Shown here piece after piece: positions 49,377 through 58,143 of a stretch of 64,000 nucleotides of DNA. The position numbers and the translations under genes were made by a program. The stretch comes from Sulfurimonas sp. GTDB taxonomy: Bacteria > Campylobacterota > Campylobacteria > Campylobacterales > Sulfurimonadaceae. The notes beneath the pieces are model-generated. The model was not told the origin of the DNA, searched no databases, and was given only the letters and a program-made list of their open reading frames with translations. The DNA is taken from NCBI RefSeq assembly GCF_023228785.1, contig NZ_JALOAN010000010.1, forward strand, positions 7,198 through 71,197, written 5' to 3'. The first letter of the stretch is position 1, and the number at the start of each line of letters is the position of its first letter.

Positions 49377-50477
49377 ATGGGTGTAAGTATAGGTCTAGTA
49401 GGACTTCCAAATGTCGGTAAATCAACAACATTTAATGCATTAACAAAAGCGCAAAACGCAGAGGCTGCAAACTATCCATTTTGTACCATAGAGCCAAACA
49501 AGGCTGTTGTTCCTGTTCCAGATAAAAGATTAACAGAACTTGCAAAGATAGTAAACCCCCAGAGAATTCAGTACTCTACACTTGATTTCGTAGATATCGC
49601 AGGTCTAGTAAAAGGTGCTTCAAAAGGTGAAGGACTTGGAAACAAGTTTCTCTCAAACATACGCGAAACTGAGGTCATCCTTCAAATAGTAAGATGTTTT
49701 GATGATGAAAACATTGTTCATAACGAGGGTAGCATAGATCCACTTCGCGATGTTGAGATTATCGAAGGTGAGCTTATTCTTGCTGATATTGAAGTTTTAT
49801 CTAACCGTATTGATAGACTAAAAAAACAAGCAAAAGCAGATAAGAGTGCAAAAGAGATGCTAGATATGGCAGAAGAGTTGATGGAGTTTTTAGCTGAGGG
49901 TGAATTAGCAAGAAATTTCAAAGATGTTGATAGTGAAATATATAAGCAGCTAAATTCAGAAGTTAGATTTTTAACTAACAAAGAGATTATGTATGGAGCT
50001 AATACTGATGAAGATGGTCTTTTACAAGACAATGATTATGTAATAGCACTTAGAGATCATGCTACTAAAAACAATTGCGAACTCATCAAGCTATGTGCGA
50101 AGATTGAAGAAGAACTTATCGGTCTTGAAGATGATGAAGCGCAAGAATTTTTAACAGATCTAGGTGTAGAAGAGTCAGGACTAGAACAGATCATACAAAA
50201 AGGTTTTGATAAGTTAGGGCTTATGAGTTACTTTACTGCAGGCGTTAAAGAGGTTCGTTCTTGGACTATTAGAAAAAACTCAACTGCACCAAAAGCAGCA
50301 GCTGCCATTCACAATGACTTTGAGAAAGGTTTCATTCGTGCGGAGGTCATTTCTTATGAAGACTTTATAACTTATGGCGGAGAAGCAAAGGCAAAAGAAG
50401 CTGGAAAGATGAGACTAGAAGGTAAAGAGTACATCGTACAAGATGGCGATGTTATGCATTTTAGATTTAATGTATAA
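49377..50477 (+). CDS. ychF: Redox-regulated ATPase YchF
   Basis: [44 protein letters not shown]. Confidence 0.97.
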   Translation: MGVSIGLVGLPNVGKSTTFNALTKAQNAEAANYPFCTIEPNKAVVPVPDKRLTELAKIVNPQRIQYSTLDFVDIAGLVKGASKGEGLGNKFLSNIRETEVILQIVRCFDDENIVHNEGSIDPLRDVEIIEGELILADIEVLSNRIDRLKKQAKADKSAKEMLDMAEELMEFLAEGELARNFKDVDSEIYKQLNSEVRFLTNKEIMYGANTDEDGLLQDNDYVIALRDHATKNNCELIKLCAKIEEELIGLEDDEAQEFLTDLGVEESGLEQIIQKGFDKLGLMSYFTAGVKEVRSWTIRKNSTAPKAAAAIHNDFEKGFIRAEVISYEDFITYGGEAKAKEAGKMRLEGKEYIVQDGDVMHFRFNV

Positions 50478-50508
50478 AATGATAAACTACTTATAAATAA
50501 ACTCAAAG

Positions 50509-50641
50509 AGGCACTAGTGCCGAGGGCTTTCTGCCGAAGAAAACCAAGCGCGCACGACAGAGTACCCTTTGGGTATTAGCGTAGCCAAAGGGACTTTGTT
50601 CCTTTGGTGTGACAAAATAAATGAAGGTTTCTTTCATTTTA
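50509..50641 (+). repeat. Five-hairpin structured intergenic element (family D), copy 1; possible ncRNA or cis-element
   Basis: 70/76 identity with 57966.. over the first 76 nt, then a sequence-variable hairpin and a conserved AAATGAAGG..C(T/C)TTCATTT hairpin. Confidence 0.85.
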
Positions 50642-50665
50642 TAACATAAAATTAAGGATATTATT

Positions 50666-51265
50666 ATGGAATTAAAATATGTTGGTCCAAAGCCTATTAT
50701 CTCTCATACAGGTATAGAATTTGATAACAATAAAGAAGACAAATATGTCTACTTAAATATAGCAGTTCAACTTATAAAAGCACTTAACCATGAGTACTTT
50801 GAGGATAAAGTATATACTTATGAAGCCTCAACTAAAAGACTAGAAAAAGATGAGCTCTTTGATGAGTTAAAAAAAATATGTCCAAATATAAATACTCTTG
50901 TGGAAAAACAAAATCATGATATAGAAGAAGAGATAGAACATGATTTAAAAAGAGCCCAAGAAAATAGTGTACTAAGTGAAGAAAACAAAGAAGTTTTATA
51001 TAACAATATAAATATTATGCGCGATTATCTTATTCAAAGATCCATCAATAAAAGTGTTTACTATTGTGTTATATATGCACTAGCAGATATGCTAAAAAAA
51101 GATCATATCAACTATATAGTAGCTCCACTATTTCAAAAATTTGCTCATGTTCTTCACTCAGTCCAAGGAAGTCTAAAAAGACAAAAAACTCCAATAGAAA
51201 CTGCAGTAGATGTTTTTAAAAAAGATAATGGTCTTTTTGTAAAACTAAAAGTAATCAACAAGTAG
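50666..51265 (+). CDS. Hypothetical protein
   Basis: 199-aa ORF with AAGGA RBS; no motif I recognise. Confidence 0.75.
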   Translation: MELKYVGPKPIISHTGIEFDNNKEDKYVYLNIAVQLIKALNHEYFEDKVYTYEASTKRLEKDELFDELKKICPNINTLVEKQNHDIEEEIEHDLKRAQENSVLSEENKEVLYNNINIMRDYLIQRSINKSVYYCVIYALADMLKKDHINYIVAPLFQKFAHVLHSVQGSLKRQKTPIETAVDVFKKDNGLFVKLKVINK

Positions 51266-51283
51266 TACTACAAAAAGTAAAAC

Positions 51284-51751
51284 CTAAAAGTTTAAAATAT
51301 CCTCTAACTTGGGTTTTAGCTTGTCGGCAATCTCAAAAGCCATACGACTTGTACTAAGGATAGTTTTTGAGTCGCCTTTATCATCTTCAAGCTCTCTAAA
51401 TCTCTCTAATAGCTGTTTTTTATACTCATTTAGCATCTGATCAATATCCATCTTTGAGTCTGGATTATCTTCTAATTCTTTTTCTAATTTTTTCTTATAC
51501 TCTTCTAGCATCTCTTCTATCTTTTGCATATTAAAATCATGCATAAATTTAAAAGAACCCTTCTCTGTTAGGTCTTTTTTAAACTGTTGAAGTGCCGTAT
51601 CTTCTGCGTTTATCTCGTCACGACTCTTATACTCTTTTATTTGAGTTTGAGTTTGTTTTTCATCATTTAAAGCAAACGCTATATCAGATTCCCGTGTTTC
51701 TTCTTTGTTTTTACTATAGTAAAAAGCACTTGTAGAACTACCAACTAACAT
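51284..51751 (-). CDS. Hypothetical charged helical protein
   Basis: 155-aa ORF, CAGGAG RBS, upstream -24/-12 match. Confidence 0.7.
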   Translation of the reverse strand: MLVGSSTSAFYYSKNKEETRESDIAFALNDEKQTQTQIKEYKSRDEINAEDTALQQFKKDLTEKGSFKFMHDFNMQKIEEMLEEYKKKLEKELEDNPDSKMDIDQMLNEYKKQLLERFRELEDDKGDSKTILSTSRMAFEIADKLKPKLEDILNF

Positions 51752-51778
51752 AACCTACTCCTGTTTTTTAAAAACTAT

Positions 51779-51796
51779 AAGCAATAACTATACCTT
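51779..51796 (-). promoter_or_regulatory. Putative sigma54 (-24/-12) promoter
   Basis: Minus strand AAGGTATAGTTATTGCTT = GG-N10-GC with TTGCTT, 27 bp upstream of ATG 51751. Confidence 0.6.
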
Positions 51797-51859
51797 TTAT
51801 TTTTAAAGTAAGCTTTCAAATAAAATAGATAAACTTTCATCAAAAAAACAGGGCTAACT

Positions 51860-52783
51860 TTGACTCTACAAAACTTAAATACACATATTTCTCTAAACTC
51901 TAAAGATATAAGTGCTGAATTTAAAAGACTCTTTCATGGTCGTGGTGGACTTTATGATGGTTTTAAACATCTCACTATTGACTCTATTGACACAGTTTTA
52001 AGTGTGGCTTTGTACGATGAAGATCCTAACGAGGGCGAACTACTAGATCTCTTAAAAGCTTTTATAAAGAGAACAAGACACGAAACTTTAATCTTACAAA
52101 GAAGATACAAAAAAAATTTTCCAACTGAGGTAATTGTAGGAGAGTTAAGTGATGAGATCTTTGCTCTTGAAAATGGTATGAAATTCAGACTAAATTTACT
52201 CTCAAACCGTAACAGTGGTTACTTTGCCGACATGAAAATAGGAAGAGAATTTGTAAGAGAGAATGCAAAAGGCAAGAGTGTGCTAAACCTTTTTTCATAC
52301 ACTTGTGCCTTTAGCGTGGCAGCTCTTTTTGGCAGTGCGAAGAGTGTCTCAAACATAGATATGAGTAAAGCATCTCTAAGTATAGGTCGCTCAAACCATC
52401 ACATAAATGATCTCAATACTAAAGGTGTTAATTTTGCGCCTTACAACATCTTAAAGTCTTTTTCTCGTATCAAGAAAAAAGGTCCTTATGATCTCATAAT
52501 TATAGATCCACCAAGTTTTCAAAGAGGAAGTTTTGAAGCTACAAAAGATTATAGAAAAATCATTGCAAAGCTTCCAGAGATCTCATCGGACAACTGCATC
52601 TTACTAGCTTGTTTAAACTCGCCAGAGCTTGACTCTTCTTTTTTAAAAGAGCTTATATGTGAGCTAGCTCCTGAGTTTGAGTTTAAAGAGAGACTTCCAA
52701 ACCTAAAAGAGTTTGAGAGCCTTGATGAAGAGAGAAGTCTAAAAAATCTAGTCTTTAAAAAAAATAAAGTAGAAAAGTATTAG
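51860..52783 (+). CDS. RlmI/RlmK-like SAM-dependent methyltransferase
   Basis: TTG start; NSGYFADM, VLNLFSYTCAFS, YDLIIIDPPSF. Confidence 0.85.
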   Translation: MTLQNLNTHISLNSKDISAEFKRLFHGRGGLYDGFKHLTIDSIDTVLSVALYDEDPNEGELLDLLKAFIKRTRHETLILQRRYKKNFPTEVIVGELSDEIFALENGMKFRLNLLSNRNSGYFADMKIGREFVRENAKGKSVLNLFSYTCAFSVAALFGSAKSVSNIDMSKASLSIGRSNHHINDLNTKGVNFAPYNILKSFSRIKKKGPYDLIIIDPPSFQRGSFEATKDYRKIIAKLPEISSDNCILLACLNSPELDSSFLKELICELAPEFEFKERLPNLKEFESLDEERSLKNLVFKKNKVEKY

Positions 52784-52789
52784 AACTTT

Positions 52790-53338
52790 CTACTTTGGAA
52801 AAGTACTCATCATCTTTGTGATGGCAGAGTCTATATACTCTTTTCTTTTTTGAGGAGTTTTCTTATCTTTTATCTCTTGTATTCCTGTAACTCTCCAAAC
52901 TATCTTTTTATTTTTTGGGTTTAGTGCATCTATAATTAAAGTGCCCTCTTCGTAACTGTGAGTATTTGTAGTTGAAACCGCAGCTCCGCCATACCTATAC
53001 ATACCAAAACCCATCATCTGGTAGCTTGTTTGGATATCATTTTTCTGTTGAATATCTATATGAAATACAAAGATAAGGTCAGCTTCCTCCTCTTTGGAAC
53101 TCTTTTTATAACCCTTAGCTTGCAGATTTGATTCTAAGGAGTCAATGATTCTGTCGTATAAAAGTGTATCTTTACCGACTTTATCTTCATGTTTAATAAC
53201 AAAACTTTTTTGTTTAGAAAAATCAAAAGTATCGTCATAATCCCTACTTATTTTTAGAGTCGAACAACCTACAAAAAGCACTAAAGCACTAAGTAATATA
53301 ATAATATGTTTCATAATTTTCTCATCATTTTTTTTCAC
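52790..53338 (-). CDS. DUF4136-family lipoprotein
   Basis: Lipobox LFVGC, DYDDTFDFS, YEEGTLIID...KIVWR. Confidence 0.8.
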   Translation of the reverse strand: MKKNDEKIMKHIIILLSALVLFVGCSTLKISRDYDDTFDFSKQKSFVIKHEDKVGKDTLLYDRIIDSLESNLQAKGYKKSSKEEEADLIFVFHIDIQQKNDIQTSYQMMGFGMYRYGGAAVSTTNTHSYEEGTLIIDALNPKNKKIVWRVTGIQEIKDKKTPQKRKEYIDSAITKMMSTFPK

Positions 53339-53888
53339 AAAAGTCCGCTAAGAGTCCATTTTTTACCATTTGGTAAGTCTCTTCGCCCTTTAATTTTTTA
53401 ACAATAGCTAAAGCAAAACACATAGCAGTTGCAGGTCCACGAGATGTTAAGACATTTGCATCTTCAACAACCATTGTACCATCTCCTACATAGCCCTCCT
53501 CTCTTATCTCTTTTTCTACTGATGGATAACAAGTATAGCTTTGCTTTAAAACCCCTGCTCTATGAAGTGCATAAGGAGCCGCACAGATGGCTGCTATATT
53601 TTTACCTTTACTATCCATCTCTTTTAGTATATTTTGCACATTTTCATCATCAGCTAAGGCATGAGTTCCATCCCATCCACCTGGAAGTGCTATCATATCA
53701 AGCTCGTTAACCTTTACATCTTTGATATTTATATCAGTTACAATACTTATGCCGTTTGCCCCTTTTACAGCGTTTGCCCCATTAAGAGAAGCTACCAAAA
53801 CTTCAATTTCTGCTCTTCTTAAAACATCTATAATAGATACAGCCTCTATCTCTTCAAACCCAGTAGCTAGTGGTACTAAAACTTTCAT
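53325..53888 (-). CDS. DJ-1/PfpI (ThiJ/YajL) family protein
   Basis: GFEEIEA, LPGG, AAICAAP (catalytic Cys), TSRGPATA. Confidence 0.92.
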   Translation of the reverse strand: MKVLVPLATGFEEIEAVSIIDVLRRAEIEVLVASLNGANAVKGANGISIVTDINIKDVKVNELDMIALPGGWDGTHALADDENVQNILKEMDSKGKNIAAICAAPYALHRAGVLKQSYTCYPSVEKEIREEGYVGDGTMVVEDANVLTSRGPATAMCFALAIVKKLKGEETYQMVKNGLLADFCEKK

Positions 53889-53961
53889 AAAATTCCTTTA
53901 TCGTTATGTTATTCTAATAATAGTATAATCGAAAAAATTTTACAAAGGCAAATTTAAAAAG

Positions 53962-55020
53962 ATGATAAATTATGAAACTATAAAACCTTGGCTTTTTAAA
54001 CTAGATCCAGAAAAGGCTCACCTTTTAGCGGAGACTGCACTAAGGGTTGCAAATATATGTCAGATGCCATTTAACTCTTTTTTAGAGTCTCACTTTGTGA
54101 GTGATGACGCTTTAAAACAAGAACTCTTTAACAGAGAGTTTTTAAACCCTGTTGGTCTTGGAGCTGGATTTGATAAAAATGCAACTATGCTTCGCGGTAT
54201 ACAGATCCTAGGATTTGGTTTTAGCGAGATAGGAACTATCACACCTCTTGCACAAGATGGAAATCCAAAGCCCAGAATGTTTAGACACATAGAAGAGAAA
54301 ACTCTACAAAATGCTATGGGTTTTAACAATGATGGCGCATTAAAGATTCAAAAAAGACTTAAAAAGTTCTACCCATTTACAACTCCAATAGGTGTAAATA
54401 TTGGTAAAAACAAAACAACTACAGAAAAAGATGCCATAAGTGACTACACAAAACTCATAAAAACTTTTGATGGTTTGGGTGATTACTTTGTTATAAATAT
54501 CTCATCTCCAAATACTCCAGGACTTAGAGATTTACAAAACGAAGAGTTTATCACAGAACTTTTCAAAGAAGCAAAAGCACTTACAGATATGCCAATACTT
54601 CTTAAAATTGCGCCTGATATGACAAAAGAAGATGCAGTAGCACTTACTAAGATGGCAGTTGAAAAAGGTGCTGATGGCATCATCGCAACTAACACAACTG
54701 TAGACTATTCACTTGTAAAAGATCCAAAAGATATAGGCGGACTAAGTGGCGAAGTTTTAAAAGAGAAGAGTTTTGAGGTCTTTGAGGCTATTGCAAAAGA
54801 ACTTTATGGTAAAACTACCCTTATCTCAGTTGGCGGGATTGACTCCGCAGAGGAAGCTTACAGACGTATAAAAGCTGGAGCATCTTTAGTTCAAGTCTAT
54901 AGTTCATTAGTATTTAACGGACCAGATCTAGTTATGAACATAAACAAAGGGCTTATAGAGCTTATAAAAGCTGATGGATATACAAATATTACAGAAGCTA
55001 TAGGTGCAGATAGAGCATGA
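53962..55020 (+). CDS. pyrD: Quinone-dependent dihydroorotate dehydrogenase
   Basis: NPVGLGAGFDKNA, GNPKPRMFR, NAMGFNN, INISSPNTPGLR, TNTT, GGLSG. Confidence 0.96.
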   Translation: MINYETIKPWLFKLDPEKAHLLAETALRVANICQMPFNSFLESHFVSDDALKQELFNREFLNPVGLGAGFDKNATMLRGIQILGFGFSEIGTITPLAQDGNPKPRMFRHIEEKTLQNAMGFNNDGALKIQKRLKKFYPFTTPIGVNIGKNKTTTEKDAISDYTKLIKTFDGLGDYFVINISSPNTPGLRDLQNEEFITELFKEAKALTDMPILLKIAPDMTKEDAVALTKMAVEKGADGIIATNTTVDYSLVKDPKDIGGLSGEVLKEKSFEVFEAIAKELYGKTTLISVGGIDSAEEAYRRIKAGASLVQVYSSLVFNGPDLVMNINKGLIELIKADGYTNITEAIGADRA

Positions 55021-56309
55021 AAATATTCTTAGCATTCTTACTAACTTTAGGGACATTAATGGCATCATCACTACCTCATTATGAGACAAAAACACTAAAA
55101 AATGGACTACAGATAGTTGTAATTCCACTGCAAAATTCTACAAATGTGATCTCTACGGACATCTTTTACAAGGTTGGAAGTAGAAACGAGATCATGGGAA
55201 AAACGGGCATTGCTCATATGTTAGAGCATATGAATTTTAAATCTACAAAGAACCTAAAGTCTGGTGAATTTGACAAAGAAGTAAAAAGCATAGGCGGAGT
55301 AAACAACGCTTCAACGAGCTTTGACTACACTCACTACTACATAAAATCAAGCACAAACAATCTTAGTAAATCTTTGAAACTCTATGCTGAACTTATGGAA
55401 AATCTAAATCTAAAAGATGATGAATTTCAACCTGAGCGTGATGTTGTAGCTGAAGAGAGACGTTGGAGAACTGAAAACTCTCCACTTGGTTACTTATACT
55501 TCTCACTTTTTAACAACGCATATGTTTACCACCCATACCACTGGACTCCGATAGGGTTTATGAATGACATTCAAACATGGACTATTGACGATATAAAAGA
55601 TTTTCACAAAACTTACTACAAACCAAACAATGCCATTTTAATGGTTACAGGTGACATAGATCCAAAAGATGTTTTCAAACAAGCTGAGGCTGAGTTTTCT
55701 CACATAGAAAATGGAACTAAGATTCCTGAGTTTAAGTTTGTAGAGCCTCCTCAAGATGGAGCAAAAAGAGTTACTATTCATAAAGAAAGCGAAGTTGAAC
55801 TCTTAGCTATAGCTTTTCATGTTCCTGACTTTAAAAGCAGAGATCAAGTAACACTTAGTGTGATCTCTGAGATCCTCTACTCTGGAAAGAGTTCAAGACT
55901 ATACAAAGAGTTAGTTGATAAAAGGCACCTAGTAAATCAGGTATATGCCTACAATATGGAAAACATAGATCCAGGTCTTTTTATATTTTTAGCATCTTGT
56001 AACCCTGGTGTAAAAGCTGAGGATGTTGAGAAGATCTTAATAGAGCAAATAGATCTAATGAAAGAGAGTGAAGTAACTAAGGCTGAACTTGACAAAGTTA
56101 AGATCAACACAAAAGCAGATTTTATTTACTCGCTGGAGAGTTCATCGTCTGTTGCAAATTTGTTCGGTAGTTATTTGGTTCGTGGAGATCTAACTCCGCT
56201 TTTAACTTATGAAGAAAATATAAACAAAGTAACTTCAAAAGAAGTTTTAGAAGTTGCGAAGAAGTACTTTGACTTTAAGAAGTCAACGACTATTATACTT
56301 AAGAAGTAG
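55017..56309 (+). CDS. M16 (pitrilysin) family zinc peptidase
   Basis: Signal peptide; inverted zinc motif HMLEH; NASTSFDYTHY. Confidence 0.92.
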   Translation: MKIFLAFLLTLGTLMASSLPHYETKTLKNGLQIVVIPLQNSTNVISTDIFYKVGSRNEIMGKTGIAHMLEHMNFKSTKNLKSGEFDKEVKSIGGVNNASTSFDYTHYYIKSSTNNLSKSLKLYAELMENLNLKDDEFQPERDVVAEERRWRTENSPLGYLYFSLFNNAYVYHPYHWTPIGFMNDIQTWTIDDIKDFHKTYYKPNNAILMVTGDIDPKDVFKQAEAEFSHIENGTKIPEFKFVEPPQDGAKRVTIHKESEVELLAIAFHVPDFKSRDQVTLSVISEILYSGKSSRLYKELVDKRHLVNQVYAYNMENIDPGLFIFLASCNPGVKAEDVEKILIEQIDLMKESEVTKAELDKVKINTKADFIYSLESSSSVANLFGSYLVRGDLTPLLTYEENINKVTSKEVLEVAKKYFDFKKSTTIILKK

Positions 56310-56472
56310 GAACTTTGAGCCTCGAAATCCGTTTGGGCTTTGAAGGACTAAGTTACTGTTAAACTTTATCTACGAGGTTAAAACCTCGCTTCCGAAAGCT
56401 TAACAAGCTTCAAGCTAAAGCATCTTTTTGGGAAGCGATGCTTTAGCTTCGCACTGTTAGGCTTTAAAGTTC
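56310..56472. other. Branched multi-hairpin structure between convergent genes
   Basis: Outer arms GAACTTTGAGCCT / AGGCTTTAAAGTTC; inner CGAGGT-TAAA-ACCTCG; perfect 13-bp stem AAGCTAAAGCATC / GATGCTTTAGCTT. Confidence 0.75.
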
Positions 56473-56483
56473 AAAATTCCGAT

Positions 56484-57134
<651 letters not shown>

Positions 57135-57221
57135 CTATTCCTAATCGTTTGTTTAGTAAAACTATATAGTATTGAGTTTAAAATAAGCTCAATTTTACTT
57201 TTTTTTAGCAATAAAAGTAAA

Positions 57222-57464
57222 TGAATGCTCTGAACAATTGTTAAGTTGGATCCTGAATCAAGTTCAGGATGACGCGTCTTGTCGTTCCATGCGTGTCTTG
57301 TCATCCCATGTGTATCTTGTCATTCCGTGCATATCTTGTCATTCCGTGCGTATCTTATCATTCCGTGCATATCTTGTCATTCCATGTGTATCTTGTCATT
57401 CCCGTGCGTGTCCGTCATTCCGTGCTTGACACGGAATCTAGTTTATAAATTAATCAAAAAGCTC
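57222..57464. repeat. Composite CGTC-tagged REP doublet element, locus 3
   Basis: REP-B on minus (57248-57274); seven degenerate ~19-bp units of TCTTGTCATTCCGTGC; full REP-A 57413-57439; both flanks homologous to locus 1. Confidence 0.9.
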
Positions 57465-57490
57465 AATCTACACTATCTCTATAAACTTAC

Positions 57491-57519
57491 TTGACTTTAA
57501 AAAATAAATCTGTTATTAT
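57491..57519 (+). promoter_or_regulatory. Sigma70-type promoter for rrf2-cysK
   Basis: TTGACT, 17-bp spacer, TATTAT preceded by TGn. Confidence 0.6.
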
Positions 57520-57546
57520 TTTCTACTTTAAAAAAAAGGATATGTT

Positions 57547-57963
57547 TTGGCAATCGTTTCAACAAAAGGTGCTTATGGTTTAACAGCCATGATAGTGCTT
57601 GCAAAAGAAGAAGATGGCAAGAAGTTGTTACAGATAAAAGATATAGCTAGCAAAGGGGATATTCCTCAAAACTATCTTGAGCAAATCTTAGTTCTTCTAA
57701 AAAAAGCCGCTTTGGTTGAGAGTGTTAGAGGATCTAACGGCGGTTATAGACTATCTAAACCTACAAGCGAAATAAGCGTGTTTGAAATACTAAACTCATT
57801 AGAGTGTTGTATGGCTCAAACTGACAACAAAAGCAACAACAACATGCTTGAGGCTTTTTGGCAAGATACACAAGAGAAAATTAAAGGGATATTTTCACTC
57901 TCTTTAAAAGAGTTAGAAGAGTTTTTAGAACAAGACTCTCAAAACATTATATACCACATATAA
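57547..57963 (+). CDS. Rrf2 family transcriptional regulator (CymR-like by context)
   Basis: TTG start after AAGGA; STKGAYGL, IP.NYLEQIL, LVESVRGSNGGYRL; upstream of cysK. Confidence 0.9.
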   Translation: MAIVSTKGAYGLTAMIVLAKEEDGKKLLQIKDIASKGDIPQNYLEQILVLLKKAALVESVRGSNGGYRLSKPTSEISVFEILNSLECCMAQTDNKSNNNMLEAFWQDTQEKIKGIFSLSLKELEEFLEQDSQNIIYHI

Positions 57964-57965
57964 AA

Positions 57966-58097
57966 AGGCACAATTGCCGAGGGCTTCCTGCCGAAGGAAA
58001 CCAAGCGCGCACGACGGAGTACCCTTGGGGTATTAGCGTAGATGGCGGGATTACTCCCGACATCGTAACAAATAAATGAAGGGTTCCCTTCATTTTA
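57966..58097 (+). repeat. Five-hairpin structured intergenic element (family D), copy 2
   Basis: Homologous to 50509..50641 with a compensatory T-A to C-G change in hairpin 2 and a fully re-sequenced hairpin 4. Confidence 0.85.
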
Positions 58098-58143
58098 CTA
58101 GGTACCCCTTGAGGGTGTGAAATAATATTAAGGAAATAGACTT

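Noticed and set aside
50509-50641. Known riboswitch (SAM, TPP, cobalamin, Moco, c-di-GMP) or T-box in family D
   Set aside because: I could not find their signature motifs, and the two downstream genes are functionally unrelated; a formal Rfam scan is still needed
57238-57494. ORFs 57238..57429 and 57279..57494
   Set aside because: Lie within the REP-derived minisatellite; low-complexity C/H/S/V/I peptides without an RBS
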